Shown: positions 47,301 to 57,757, numbered from the stretch's first letter. The stretch is 64,000 nucleotides of DNA from Bacteroidia bacterium (GCA_963422675.2 CAXVYS010000009.1:213702-277701), one strand, 5' to 3'. Numbers and translations: made by a program. The notes: a model not told the origin generated them from the letters alone.

Positions 47301-47320
47301 CGTCCTTAATTTCACAATGA

Positions 47321-48904
47321 ATGAGCTTTATAGAAGAATTAAATAAACGTAAAACATTTGCCATCATCGCCCATCCCGATGCCGGTAAAACCACCCTTAC
47401 AGAAAAACTATTATTATTCGGAGGGGCTATTCAAACAGCCGGCGCCGTAAAATCCAATAAAATAAAAAAAGCCACTACTTCCGATTTCATGGAAATTGAA
47501 AAGCAACGTGGTATTTCTGTGTCTACTTCCGTAATGGCCTTTGATTACAGGGACTTTAAAGTAAATATTTTAGATACTCCCGGTCACGAAGATTTTGCCG
47601 AAGATACCTACCGCACCTTATCCGCCGTGGATAGTGTTATTATGGTGATTGATTGTGTGAAAGGCGTGGAACCACAAACCCGTAAATTGCTCGAAGTTTG
47701 CCGTATGCGTAACACACCGGTGATTGTATTCGTTAATAAAATGGATAGGGAAGGCCAAAATCCTTTTGATCTGTTGGATGAAATTGAAAAAGAATTGAAA
47801 ATAAAAGTACGCCCTTTAACCTGGCCAATTGGTATTGGTAAATCCTTTAAAGGCGTATATAATTTATATGAGAAAAAATTATCCTTATTTCAGGGTGATA
47901 GTAAAACAACCGTTGAAGAAAACATAGAGCTCAGTAGCTTAAACGATGGGGAAGTTGAAAAACACATCAGTCAGGATTTTGCAGATCAGCTCAGAGCCGA
48001 TGTTGAATTACTGGATGGTGTATACGATGAATTTGACAAACAAAAATACCTGGAGGCTAATTTAAGTCCTGTGTTTTTTGGAAGCGCCGTAAATAATTTC
48101 GGGATAAAGGAATTGCTCGATTGTTTTGTAGAAATAGCTCCCACGCCACAGGGCAGAGATACTGATACTGCCGGAGAAATTGAGCCGGATGCTGCTAAAT
48201 TCAGCGGGTTTGTATTTAAGATCCATGCGAATTTAGATCCCAAACACCGCGATCGTATTGCGTTTTTAAGAATTGTTTCCGGTAAGTTTGAGCGGAACAA
48301 ATATTATTACAACGTTCGTGAAGGAAAAGATATGCGTTTCAGCAATCCAACGGCTTTTATGGCGCAACAAAAATCGGTGATTGATGAATCGTTTCCCGGT
48401 GATGTCATTGGGTTGTATGATGCAGGAAATTTTAAAATAGGCGATACCTTAACCGAAGGTGCCAAGTTCAATTTTAAAGGGATACCAAGCTTTTCACCGG
48501 AGTTGTTTAAATATGTAACAAATCTCGACCCGATGAAAACCAAACAATTGCAAAAAGGGTTGGAGCAATTAACAGATGAAGGTGTAGCACAATTATTTAC
48601 TAAAAAAGCAGATGGTCGTAAGGTAGTTGGTACTGTTGGAGCCTTACAGTTCGAAGTAATACAACACCGTTTAAAGAGTGAGTACAATGCGTCCTGTGGG
48701 TATGATTCAATCAATTTATATAAAGCTCTTTGGATAGAATGTAATGACAAGAAAAAACTGGATGAATTTTTAATTGATAAATCAAACCACATTGCTTACG
48801 ATAAAGAAAATCGTTTGGTGTTTTTGGCGGAATCTGCGTGGTTATTACAAATGGCACAAGATAAGTTTCCTGATATTAAATTCCATTTAAAAAGTGAGTT
48901 TTAG
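47321..48904 (+). CDS. prfC: Peptide chain release factor 3
   Basis: Translational GTPase motifs [14 protein letters not shown] and NKMD. Length of 527 aa and N-terminus are typical of RF3. Confidence 0.95.
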   Translation: MSFIEELNKRKTFAIIAHPDAGKTTLTEKLLLFGGAIQTAGAVKSNKIKKATTSDFMEIEKQRGISVSTSVMAFDYRDFKVNILDTPGHEDFAEDTYRTLSAVDSVIMVIDCVKGVEPQTRKLLEVCRMRNTPVIVFVNKMDREGQNPFDLLDEIEKELKIKVRPLTWPIGIGKSFKGVYNLYEKKLSLFQGDSKTTVEENIELSSLNDGEVEKHISQDFADQLRADVELLDGVYDEFDKQKYLEANLSPVFFGSAVNNFGIKELLDCFVEIAPTPQGRDTDTAGEIEPDAAKFSGFVFKIHANLDPKHRDRIAFLRIVSGKFERNKYYYNVREGKDMRFSNPTAFMAQQKSVIDESFPGDVIGLYDAGNFKIGDTLTEGAKFNFKGIPSFSPELFKYVTNLDPMKTKQLQKGLEQLTDEGVAQLFTKKADGRKVVGTVGALQFEVIQHRLKSEYNASCGYDSINLYKALWIECNDKKKLDEFLIDKSNHIAYDKENRLVFLAESAWLLQMAQDKFPDIKFHLKSEF

Positions 48905-48917
48905 AGTATAGTTCACG

Positions 48918-49331
48918 ATGCTTCATTTAAAAACGGATAATGCACTTCTTTCTTATTCTGATGATATTTTATTGATAAGAGTTGATGAAGATGTACACCT
49001 TGAAATTAAAGAGATGGATCGGATGTTGAGAGAGGAAGTTGAATTTACAAACTATAGAAAACATTTTGCAATAATAGATGCCAGATCCAATTTTACTAGC
49101 TCTGAAGAGGTCAGGAAGTTTTATGCAGAACATGAATTATCAAAATACCGGTATGCTGATGCTATCATTGTAGATTCGCTGTCGGTAAGATTAGTAGTAA
49201 ATTTTTACATTTCTTTTAATAAACCTCTTGTACCCACAAAAACTTTTAACACCATGGAAGACGCTTATAAATGGATTGAAGACATGAAAGAAAAATTAAA
49301 CAGTTCTGTGAAAAACAATACGTCACTTTAA
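48918..49331 (+). CDS. Hypothetical small protein, possibly STAS/SpoIIAA-like
   Basis: A 137-aa soluble ORF with alternating beta/alpha character reminiscent of STAS/SEC14-like DUF proteins. No diagnostic motif. Confidence 0.4.
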   Translation: MLHLKTDNALLSYSDDILLIRVDEDVHLEIKEMDRMLREEVEFTNYRKHFAIIDARSNFTSSEEVRKFYAEHELSKYRYADAIIVDSLSVRLVVNFYISFNKPLVPTKTFNTMEDAYKWIEDMKEKLNSSVKNNTSL

Positions 49332-49340
49332 TTTAAACCT

Positions 49341-49952
49341 ATGGCAAATATTTTCGAATTCAATGGCTATAAGCCCGTAATAGATAAAACAGCCTTTATA
49401 CACCCCAATGCAACAGTTACCGGTAACGTTATTATTGGGAAGAATGTATACATTGGTCCAGGTGCTGCTATTCGTGGCGATTGGGGGCAAATTATTATTG
49501 AAGACGGATGTAACGTTCAGGAAAACTGCACGGTGCATATGTTTCCCGGCACTACCGTTTTATTAAAAGAAGCCGCTCATATCGGACATGGCGCCATTAT
49601 ACATGGCGGAACCATTGGTAAAAATGTATTGGTAGGGATGAATGCTGTAGTGATGGATAATTGCGTTATTGGCGATAACTGCATTATTGGGGCGTTATGT
49701 TTTGTACCTGCAGATACCGTTATTGAAGAACGAAAAGTAGTGGTTGGAAATCCTGCAAAAGTTGTAAAAGAAGTAAGCGATGAAATGATTGCCTGGAAAA
49801 CAAAGGGGACAGCCTTATACCAACAGTTACCCGCAGACTGTTATGCTTCCTTAAAGCCCTGTGAACCTTTACGAAGAATGCCTGCTTATAGGCCAACCCA
49901 ACAAAATGAATACAAAACCTGGAACGAAGAAAAACCTAAATCAGGTAAATAA
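49341..49952 (+). CDS. Gamma-carbonic-anhydrase-like / PaaY-like hexapeptide-repeat protein
   Basis: Left-handed beta-helix hexapeptide repeats with His ligand positions (VHMF, IGHGAIIHG), as in the gamma-CA family. Confidence 0.75.
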   Translation: MANIFEFNGYKPVIDKTAFIHPNATVTGNVIIGKNVYIGPGAAIRGDWGQIIIEDGCNVQENCTVHMFPGTTVLLKEAAHIGHGAIIHGGTIGKNVLVGMNAVVMDNCVIGDNCIIGALCFVPADTVIEERKVVVGNPAKVVKEVSDEMIAWKTKGTALYQQLPADCYASLKPCEPLRRMPAYRPTQQNEYKTWNEEKPKSGK

Positions 49953-50041
49953 ATCTCAAATTTTTTCGTTTCTTTTTCATCAAGGAAAAAGAAAAGAGGA
50001 AACAAAAAAAATTGAATTAAAATATTCTAAATAATATAATT

Positions 50042-50875
50042 TTAATAAGAATAACAAGGGGGAGGCTTAATGTTTAATTTAACAGAAAGCGTTACCCCAA
50101 AAAAGATGTACCAGTCTTTTGTTCTTGGATTACCACGTTGTTCATTCACATTACTTCCTGCATTTTTTGATCTGTCGGATAATTTTTGACTCAATTCCGA
50201 AGTATATGGTTTTATGGTAGGATCAGGATAGGTACCGCTCACATCATCCAGGTAATCAGTAAATGTTTTACGTGGGCCCCATTCAAAACCAATTCCAACC
50301 TGTTTGGATACATTCATCTTTAAGCCAATCCCAAAAGGAATCGACATTTGAGTTAATTTATAGCGTTTGTCTTCACCCTCTGTTCTTAAAGGTTGAAGAT
50401 CTACCCATTGATTGTTAACCTGTGCCTGTGGCCTGAATGTAAACACATCAATTCCTAAAAATAAATACGTGGTAAATTTATATTTATCGTTACTGATCCT
50501 GTATTCCAGAAAATTAAATTCAGCAATCAGGTTAAGCTCTGTAATTCTTGATTTAAAGTTTAAGTTTCTTTGTAGTTGGTCTTCATCACTGCTTTGCGAG
50601 TCATCGGCCATAATGGTTCCAAAATTAACTCCACCTCTGAAAGCATAACGGTAGTTAGGGGTATATCTGTAAAAGATACCGCCGGCAGGTTGAACCGAAT
50701 TAAAATGTTTTCTTGGATTGAGGTCGCCGATATAATATGATCCACCAATTAAAATTCCCACCTCATGTTGCTTGAAAGTACGTTTCCCTGCTTGTGAATA
50801 GGCCATGTTGGTAACAAGGAGCAGGGCAGTAAGTATGCTGAAAATGAATTTCATGGAAATATTAAAACGTAACAA
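50042..50875 (-). CDS. Outer-membrane beta-barrel protein (DUF6089-like)
   Basis: Signal peptide, a HEVGILIGGSYYIGDLNP motif and an alternating amphipathic strand pattern. Confidence 0.6.
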   Translation of the reverse strand: MLRFNISMKFIFSILTALLLVTNMAYSQAGKRTFKQHEVGILIGGSYYIGDLNPRKHFNSVQPAGGIFYRYTPNYRYAFRGGVNFGTIMADDSQSSDEDQLQRNLNFKSRITELNLIAEFNFLEYRISNDKYKFTTYLFLGIDVFTFRPQAQVNNQWVDLQPLRTEGEDKRYKLTQMSIPFGIGLKMNVSKQVGIGFEWGPRKTFTDYLDDVSGTYPDPTIKPYTSELSQKLSDRSKNAGSNVNEQRGNPRTKDWYIFFGVTLSVKLNIKPPPCYSY

Positions 50876-50909
50876 ATTTAAAATTAGTATGTTATTACTG
50901 CAAAAAGCG

Positions 50910-53021
50910 TTACAAAATTAATATTTTTACCTTATGGATGCCTGTTTTTTCCTCACTTAACAGTAAATACAGCCCGGTAGCGAGGTTATTTCTTTTGAGG
51001 ATGTAGGAATCAGAGCTGCAAATATCCTGAAATACCAACTGTCCGGCGGCATTATACAATTTAATGCGTTTTAACTCATTATCGTTAAACGTGATAGTGG
51101 TTTCCGTTGTTAAAGGATTAGGATATACATCCATAGTTTCGGAAGCCGTAATCATATTAATGCCTGTGTTTATAGGGCCGCAGGTCATAGCTTTAAACCC
51201 GTCCAGTTTACCATAACCCCAGCGGTTGTTGGGTAAAGTTTGAGTTGTAAACCCATCGCTGTAAGCACAGTTAATAATAGCCTGCTTAATTTGTTGATTG
51301 GTTGCCATTGGATTTTTTTGAAGGTATAAGGCTACGAGGCCTGCTACAACAGGACTTGAGGCAGACGTTCCACCGGCTGTAATGTGATAACCGCCCTGAG
51401 CTACAACCTGTGGTGCACTGGTAATTAAATTGGCAATTACCCCTAAATCCCCACAGGCTAAAATAGTAGCACCGGAGGCCGTAATGTCAGGTTTCACTTT
51501 ATGATCTCTTGATGGTCCTATACTGCTGCTGGCTGCTATTTCTCCGGGTACTTCTGTAGTAGTTTGTGTATTATTGTTTACATCCGTATACTGGTTACGG
51601 TTAACATAATTTGCCACAGCAATTACCTCATTACTGCATTGAAAACCACTTACAATCGTTTGTAACGTATCTGCTTTTTTATAATGAGCCATGTTTGCGT
51701 ATAAAGAAACATTAGGCAGGCCACCGGTTACATAATTAAAATTCCAGGAATCTATTCTGCCTGTCCCTGTATGTTCCATACGCCACAGGTAATTGGCACT
51801 ATCGGCTCTTATATTAACGGATAGTTCGTATACCCCAAATGCATTAATACTTGACGTTGTTTCAATGATCCCAATGCGTTGTAAATTATGATAGAGCGTA
51901 TCCCGTTTTAAAGTATTTAAAGCATCATTATAAGGTTTAAAGGAAATCCGTCCCAAATCGCTAAGCCCTGTATTATTCACGCCAATCGAATACTTTACAT
52001 TTTTTATTTGAGCAGTATCCGCATATTCGTCAAGGTAAATATTTCCCGATCCGGTAATCCATGTAAAACCGGTATCCACTGCCGTAATACCATAACCTAC
52101 ATGGAAAGGCACGTTTCCTGCATTCCCGGCCGAAGCTACCAATGCCCTTCCCGGAGATGCTGTAATTAAGTTATTAATTAGTTGTGTTTCTAAGTCCGTT
52201 CCGTCATGGCTGCCATCGTAATCACCTACACTGGCATTTATAACTACGGGCTTACCTGCCAGTTGTGCCTTGGTAAAAATGTATTGAACCGCATCAGAAA
52301 TGGTATGGTTTGGGTTACTAAAATCCAATGCTACTACAATAATATCTGCTTTTGGTGCCATCCCTTCAAAGTGATTAATGGCTAGCCCGTTTCCTGCAGC
52401 AATTCCCGAGCTGGCTGTGCCGTGGCCATAATGAGCCATATCATTGTGGGTGCATTGTCCAAGATCAATTTCCGCATTGGTCCATTCCTGCCCATAACCA
52501 AAGGTTGTAGGAGTATTGGCCGCAACGGGTTTATTCATGTCCCATAAAAAATTGATTCTGCTTTTTCCAGTCGCATCTTTAAAATCCGGGTGGTTAAAAT
52601 CAGTGCCGCTATCAATAATTCCTACAATAATGCCGCTTCCATCGTAAGCCTGAGTTAATGGGAGAGTGCCTGTTTTAATGTCTTTTATCCTGTTTCTTAC
52701 CACACAGGTATCACCCATTAAAGTATAGGTATGTGGCGTAAATTCTATTCTGATAATATCTTTCGAATGAATTAATTCTTTTACAGAGCCAAGGCTCATG
52801 GTTACAGAATAAATGTTTCCGGCCTTATAATGAAGAGTAGCATCGGGGAATGGAGAAAAATTGATCTCCGTGTGAGGTTTGGTTTGAATAAACACATGTA
52901 ATTTTTCCGACACCTTTCCTTCATCTATTTTTTTGAGAAGCGTTGTATTAAAAACGCTTTGAGCCTTTAAAAAAACAGAAAAAAACAGGACTATAAAAAA
53001 TGTAAAATACTTTGCCATCAT
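50910..53021 (-). CDS. S8 (subtilisin) family serine peptidase with T9SS C-terminal sorting domain
   Basis: Catalytic triad contexts GIIDSGTD (Asp), HGTASSG (His) and GGTSASSPVVAG (Ser). Signal peptide. The last roughly 80 aa (VYPNPLTTETTITF...GLYLLL...KILIL) look like a T9SS CTD. Confidence 0.85.
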   Translation of the reverse strand: MMAKYFTFFIVLFFSVFLKAQSVFNTTLLKKIDEGKVSEKLHVFIQTKPHTEINFSPFPDATLHYKAGNIYSVTMSLGSVKELIHSKDIIRIEFTPHTYTLMGDTCVVRNRIKDIKTGTLPLTQAYDGSGIIVGIIDSGTDFNHPDFKDATGKSRINFLWDMNKPVAANTPTTFGYGQEWTNAEIDLGQCTHNDMAHYGHGTASSGIAAGNGLAINHFEGMAPKADIIVVALDFSNPNHTISDAVQYIFTKAQLAGKPVVINASVGDYDGSHDGTDLETQLINNLITASPGRALVASAGNAGNVPFHVGYGITAVDTGFTWITGSGNIYLDEYADTAQIKNVKYSIGVNNTGLSDLGRISFKPYNDALNTLKRDTLYHNLQRIGIIETTSSINAFGVYELSVNIRADSANYLWRMEHTGTGRIDSWNFNYVTGGLPNVSLYANMAHYKKADTLQTIVSGFQCSNEVIAVANYVNRNQYTDVNNNTQTTTEVPGEIAASSSIGPSRDHKVKPDITASGATILACGDLGVIANLITSAPQVVAQGGYHITAGGTSASSPVVAGLVALYLQKNPMATNQQIKQAIINCAYSDGFTTQTLPNNRWGYGKLDGFKAMTCGPINTGINMITASETMDVYPNPLTTETTITFNDNELKRIKLYNAAGQLVFQDICSSDSYILKRNNLATGLYLLLSEEKTGIHKVKILIL

Positions 53022-53066
53022 AAAATTTTATCACATTAAGTTACAAAAAATTTAGATATTTACAAG

Positions 53067-53717
53067 ATGCGAGTTGTTTTATTTTTGACTTTAATAGGTT
53101 GTATAGTATCGGGAAGGAGTATTGCTCAGGATTCTGTGGCATATTCAAAAGATTTCAGGCTATATGAAGGATTATACCTTAACTACGAGGAATTTCGTTA
53201 TAACTGGCCTATCTCCAAAGAAAAAATCATTACTAAAATCAATAAAGATCAGCTTGATTTTTACAGCAAATTAATTGAAGAAGAATTTATTGAATATACA
53301 GAAAGGGATGGTGCTGTAAGTAAAGTTAAATCGGAAAAGGTGTGGGGCTATTGCCAGAATAATATCATTTTTATAAATCAGGATAAAAACTTTTACCGTA
53401 TTCCGGTTTTTGGAGCCATTAGTAATTTTATAGGTACGGTAGAAGTCTTAAGTTATTCGCCAGGTTACGACCCTTTTATGAATGCGCCTATTGGCAGTAC
53501 ACAGATGAAAACAAGAGAAATAAGACAGTACCTCTTTGATTTTTATAGCGGGGAAGTAACTCCATTCAGCGTGGAACAGTTAGAGGAATTTTTGAAAAAA
53601 GATGAAGCGGTGTACAAAGAATATATGTCGCTCAGCAGAAAAAAGAGAAAAGAGCTGGCCACTAAATACATCCGAATGTATAACGAAAAACACCTGGTGT
53701 ATTTCCCTAAAGGATAG
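53067..53717 (+). CDS. Secreted hypothetical protein
   Basis: Signal peptide (LFLTLIGCIVSGRSIAQ) and coding-like composition. No recognised motif. Confidence 0.5.
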   Translation: MRVVLFLTLIGCIVSGRSIAQDSVAYSKDFRLYEGLYLNYEEFRYNWPISKEKIITKINKDQLDFYSKLIEEEFIEYTERDGAVSKVKSEKVWGYCQNNIIFINQDKNFYRIPVFGAISNFIGTVEVLSYSPGYDPFMNAPIGSTQMKTREIRQYLFDFYSGEVTPFSVEQLEEFLKKDEAVYKEYMSLSRKKRKELATKYIRMYNEKHLVYFPKG

Positions 53718-53783
53718 AGCATTAAATACCACTTGACTAATTGCTTTTTTACATTTAACTTTGAGTATCCTAAATTTTATCTC

Positions 53784-54428
53784 ATGAAAAAGTTATTTTT
53801 AATAGTATGTTCAGTTGTTTTTTCGGGAGCTACTGCACAGAATACCACTAAAGACCTTTTTACGGCAAAAGAAATGGTTTGGTACGGATTAAATTTTACC
53901 GAAGCAAAAATGGTCGGCCAGTTCGATCAGGCTATGGGAGCGGCTCCTGCAACGGCCTCAGAAATAAAAAACAAGTGGATGTCAGCCTGGAATGGCCTCA
54001 TCATAGCAGAACCGCAAAACTTTAAGTTAAAAGAAGCCTTTGAAAAAGACAACGTGTTTTATGATATTGCTCCTGTAGAAAAAGCAAACCAAACCATTAA
54101 AACAGATAACCTCATGGAGGTAAATTCCTTCGCATTTGCCGACCCTCAGAAATCCATTAAAAATGCTGTAGCAAAATTAAGTGGCGGTGAAAAAAAAGAA
54201 GGAATAGCGGTAACCTTTGTTGTAGAAAGCTTTAATAAAACAAGCGATGAAGCTACCGTATATGCAGTGATATTTGATATTAAAACAAAAGCTATTTTGA
54301 TCAGCGAAAAAATAACCGGTAAACCAACAGGAATAGGCCTTAGGAATTTTTGGGCAGGAGCCATGAAACATATTATTAAAGAGATCACCAAAGAATATTA
54401 TGGCAAATGGAAATCAGCCAGTAAATAG
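53784..54428 (+). CDS. Secreted hypothetical protein
   Basis: The listed ORF is 53733..54428. The internal ATG at 53784 gives a canonical signal peptide, MKKLFLIVCSVVFSGATAQ. No recognised motif. Confidence 0.5.
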   Translation: MKKLFLIVCSVVFSGATAQNTTKDLFTAKEMVWYGLNFTEAKMVGQFDQAMGAAPATASEIKNKWMSAWNGLIIAEPQNFKLKEAFEKDNVFYDIAPVEKANQTIKTDNLMEVNSFAFADPQKSIKNAVAKLSGGEKKEGIAVTFVVESFNKTSDEATVYAVIFDIKTKAILISEKITGKPTGIGLRNFWAGAMKHIIKEITKEYYGKWKSASK

Positions 54429-54446
54429 ATTCAAATAATTCAGTTT

Positions 54447-54476
54447 AAAGGCATTTCGAAAGAGATGCCTTTTTTA
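54447..54476 (+). terminator. Rho-independent terminator
   Basis: Stem aaaggcat(ttc) / (gag)atgccttt with a GAAA tetraloop, followed by a run of T, 19 nt after the stop at 54428. Confidence 0.7.
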
Positions 54477-54628
54477 TGAAAGCTCGTTTCATGATAAAAT
54501 TTTGGAGAGGGATCTGCGAAAGACAACAAAAATAGCCTGAGCAGGTATTGAATTGTTGAAAGAAGGTTATTTTATGCCCTAATCATACCGATTTTATCTT
54601 AACTTTATAGCCTTAAATTTTATCAGAT

Positions 54629-56317
54629 ATGTCAGAAGTAGGTAGACAAATTATTTATAGTATGGTAAATGTATCCAAGATACATCCGCCACAAAAACAG
54701 GTTTTAAAAGATATTTATATCTCCTTTTATTACGGTGCCAAAATTGGCGTATTAGGGTTGAACGGTTCAGGTAAATCGTCTCTATTGCGTATTATGGCCG
54801 GTTTGGATAAAGATTATTTAGGAGAGATTCATCAATCTCCGGGCTATACAATTGGGTTACTGGAGCAGGAACCAAAATTGGACGAAACCAAAACAGTGAT
54901 TGAAGTCGTTCGTGAAGGCGCTCAAAAACACGTAGATATTTTAAATGAGTTTGAAGAGGTGAACAATAAATTCATGGATGAAGAGATCCTGAATGATCCT
55001 GATAAAATGGATAAATTGATCAACCGTCAGGCACAATTACAGGATTTAATCGATCAGCATGATCTTTGGAATTTAGATACGCGTTTAGAGCGTGCGATGG
55101 ATGCTTTGCGTTGTGCGGAAAGCGATACCCCGGTTAAGATCTTATCAGGAGGTGAACGTCGTCGTGTGGCTTTATGTCGTTTATTATTACAGGAACCGGA
55201 TATTTTGTTACTGGATGAGCCAACCAATCACTTGGATGCGGAAAGCGTTGATTGGTTAGAACAACATTTACAACAATACAAAGGAACCGTTATAGCCGTA
55301 ACCCATGATAGGTATTTCCTTGATAACGTTGCCGGTTGGATCCTTGAGTTAGACCGTGGGGAAGGTATTCCATGGAAAGGAAATTACTCATCCTGGTTAG
55401 AACAAAAAGGAAATCGTTTAAAACAGGAAGAAAAAACGGAGAGTAAACGTCAGAAAAATTTGGCGCGTGAGTTGGATTGGGTTCGTCAGGGAGTTAAAGG
55501 ACGTGGCGTTAAACAAAAAGCCCGTTTGAATAACTATGATAAAATGATGAATGAGGACATCAAGGATAAAGAAGATAAATTAGAGATCTTCATTCCTAAC
55601 GGTCCGCGACTTGGTAACGAAGTTATTGAAGCAATTGATGTAGCTAAAGGTTTTGGCGATAGATTATTATACGAAGGATTGAATTTTAAATTGCCGCCAG
55701 CCGGAATCGTTGGTATTATTGGGCCAAATGGTGCCGGTAAAACAACCTTATTTAAAATGATTATGGGTGAGGAACAACCGAACTCAGGAAGTTTTAAAGT
55801 GGGGCCTACTGTGAAAATTTCTTATGTAGATCAAACGCATAAAGAATTAGAACCAAATAAAACGGTGTATGATGTATTAAGTGGAGGATTAGATAATATT
55901 GTTTTAGGTGGTAAACCAATGAACGCACGTGCTTACATCTCTCGTTTTAACTTCGCAGGAAGCGACCAGGGAAAAAAAGTAAGTGTATTATCCGGTGGAG
56001 AACGTAACCGTTTACATTTAGCCATGGCATTGAAAAATGAAGGGAATGTCTTGTTACTGGATGAGCCTACCAATGATTTGGATGTAAATACGTTACGTGC
56101 ATTGGAAGAAGGTTTGGAAGATTTTGCCGGTTGTGCTGTAATTATTAGTCACGATAGATGGTTTTTAGACCGTGTGTGTACACATATCTTAGCATTTGAA
56201 GGAGATAGTTCGGTTTATTGGTTCGAAGGCGGATATAGCGAATACGAAGAGAACCGTAAAAAACGTTTAGGCAACGTAGAGCCAAAACGTCCGCGTTATA
56301 AAAAACTGACGGTGTAA
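54629..56317 (+). CDS. ettA: Energy-dependent translational throttle protein EttA (ABC-F ATPase)
   Basis: Two ABC cassettes (GLNGSGKSS/LSGGERRR and GPNGAGKTT/LSGGERNR) with an inter-domain linker. Length of 562 aa is typical of EttA. Confidence 0.95.
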   Translation: MSEVGRQIIYSMVNVSKIHPPQKQVLKDIYISFYYGAKIGVLGLNGSGKSSLLRIMAGLDKDYLGEIHQSPGYTIGLLEQEPKLDETKTVIEVVREGAQKHVDILNEFEEVNNKFMDEEILNDPDKMDKLINRQAQLQDLIDQHDLWNLDTRLERAMDALRCAESDTPVKILSGGERRRVALCRLLLQEPDILLLDEPTNHLDAESVDWLEQHLQQYKGTVIAVTHDRYFLDNVAGWILELDRGEGIPWKGNYSSWLEQKGNRLKQEEKTESKRQKNLARELDWVRQGVKGRGVKQKARLNNYDKMMNEDIKDKEDKLEIFIPNGPRLGNEVIEAIDVAKGFGDRLLYEGLNFKLPPAGIVGIIGPNGAGKTTLFKMIMGEEQPNSGSFKVGPTVKISYVDQTHKELEPNKTVYDVLSGGLDNIVLGGKPMNARAYISRFNFAGSDQGKKVSVLSGGERNRLHLAMALKNEGNVLLLDEPTNDLDVNTLRALEEGLEDFAGCAVIISHDRWFLDRVCTHILAFEGDSSVYWFEGGYSEYEENRKKRLGNVEPKRPRYKKLTV

Positions 56318-56330
56318 TACCATTGGGAAT

Positions 56331-57071
56331 ATGAGGCATTGGATTGTTTTGTTTCTTGTTTTCTATGTTTTCGGAGTTACTGCTCAGGATAGAATCTTAA
56401 AAAAAGATTTTCAGGAAGATGATGATCCTAACGTACGGGTAAAGATTGCCGGCATTCAAAATAATACATTGTATTATTTTGAAGCTGGGATATCAAAACA
56501 AATTGCTGTAACGGATATTGTAGCGATTAAAGAAGAATACATTGATAAAACAGGCGACTACATTTATCTAAATCCTCAGGATGAAAGAATTTATGGGATA
56601 AAAAATGATAGACTTTATTTTAAAGCGGACTATCGTTTTACGTCAAGTAATCCTGAATTTTCAAAAGAATGTTTTTTAGCAAAATTCAGAATCTATGGTT
56701 CGGTAATGCCTGAAAACACAGATAATCAACTTTATATTTGGAGTGCATCGGAAGAGGAGAAAGTAAAGATTCCGGAAAATGCAAGCTTTTATATTTATGT
56801 AAAGGGGGACGAACTCAACAGAAATATAAAAGCCAGATTGTATTATACATCTAATGATACTACAGAGATTGTTGTAAAAATAAAAGTTAATAAAACGGAT
56901 TACGCCTATCGATTCAAGAATACAGATATAAAAGCGTTGGGGATTGAATCTGTAGGGGCACATACAGGGAGAACAGCAATAAATATCTTATCATTGGGGC
57001 GATCTCTGCAATATCATAATAACAAATGGTCTACCAAATATGAATTTGATACATGGCACATTTGTCATTAG
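56331..57071 (+). CDS. Secreted hypothetical protein
   Basis: Signal peptide (LFLVFYVFGVTAQ). Beta-rich and AT-rich ORF with no recognised motif. Confidence 0.45.
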   Translation: MRHWIVLFLVFYVFGVTAQDRILKKDFQEDDDPNVRVKIAGIQNNTLYYFEAGISKQIAVTDIVAIKEEYIDKTGDYIYLNPQDERIYGIKNDRLYFKADYRFTSSNPEFSKECFLAKFRIYGSVMPENTDNQLYIWSASEEEKVKIPENASFYIYVKGDELNRNIKARLYYTSNDTTEIVVKIKVNKTDYAYRFKNTDIKALGIESVGAHTGRTAINILSLGRSLQYHNNKWSTKYEFDTWHICH

Positions 57072-57077
57072 TGAAAT

Positions 57078-57443
57078 TTATTTAAGAAGCACCAATACCA
57101 GCGCTATTGCAGCCGGTAAGGTTTGTATAAAGAATATTTTTTTAGAAGCCGTAATGGCTCCATAAATACCTGCAACAGCCACACAGCTTAAAAAGAAAAT
57201 AGCCACATTATCCTGCCATTTAGGATCGGTAATAAAGAAACTCCAGATCAGACCTGCTGCTAAAAAGCCATTGTATAAGCCCTGATTAGCGGCCAGGCCT
57301 TTAGTTGGTTTAAATAATTCGGGCGCTAAAGAACCTTTAAAAGCTTCTTTCCCTTTTGTTTCCCACGCAAACATTTCAAGCCACACAATATAGCAATGAA
57401 TGGCTGCAATAAGACCTATAAAAATTTTAGCTGCTATTTCCAT
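57078..57443 (-). CDS. DUF1304-like small membrane protein
   Basis: A 121-aa protein with four hydrophobic helices. The N-terminal IHCYIVWLEMFAW motif matches my memory of DUF1304. Confidence 0.55.
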   Translation of the reverse strand: MEIAAKIFIGLIAAIHCYIVWLEMFAWETKGKEAFKGSLAPELFKPTKGLAANQGLYNGFLAAGLIWSFFITDPKWQDNVAIFFLSCVAVAGIYGAITASKKIFFIQTLPAAIALVLVLLK

Positions 57444-57445
57444 GA

Positions 57446-57757
57446 CTATGCCTGAGCCGTTGGCCCTCCAAAGTTAAGAGGCAATGCATTCATTTCGCTG
57501 TCTTTAATCTTCCCATGCATTTGTTCAAAACGCTGCACGTTATCCGCTAATGCTTTCATTAAACGTTTGGCATGCTGAGGTGTTAGCACAATACGTGATT
57601 TTACCTTTGCCTTTGGTACACCAGGCATTACTTTAATAAAATCTACAACAAACTCGGTTGGAGAATGTGTAATGATAGCCAAATTAGAATATATACCTTC
57701 AGCGATCTCTTCAGAAAGCTCGATGTTTAATTGATTTTCAGGATTTTGATTTTCCAT
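57446..57757 (-). CDS. DUF3467-like small cytoplasmic protein
   Basis: A 103-aa ORF. The EGIYSNLAIITHSPTEFVVDF motif is typical of DUF3467 as I recall it. Confidence 0.55.
   Translation of the reverse strand: MENQNPENQLNIELSEEIAEGIYSNLAIITHSPTEFVVDFIKVMPGVPKAKVKSRIVLTPQHAKRLMKALADNVQRFEQMHGKIKDSEMNALPLNFGGPTAQA

Noticed and set aside
47206-47394. 62-aa minus-strand ORF spanning the prfC start
   Set aside because: It overlaps the prfC start codon and the candidate promoter and has no motifs. It is better explained as non-coding promoter or spacer sequence.
47986-48792. 104-aa and 161-aa minus-strand ORFs inside prfC
   Set aside because: Both are antisense to a highly conserved GTPase gene. 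They are Ser/Leu/Asn-rich translations typical of shadow ORFs.
49969-49994. 10-bp A/T-only hairpin (tttctttttc / gaaaaagaaa) between convergent genes
   Set aside because: The stem is purely A/T with two G-C pairs at most, and no T-tract follows it on either strand. I did not call it a terminator.
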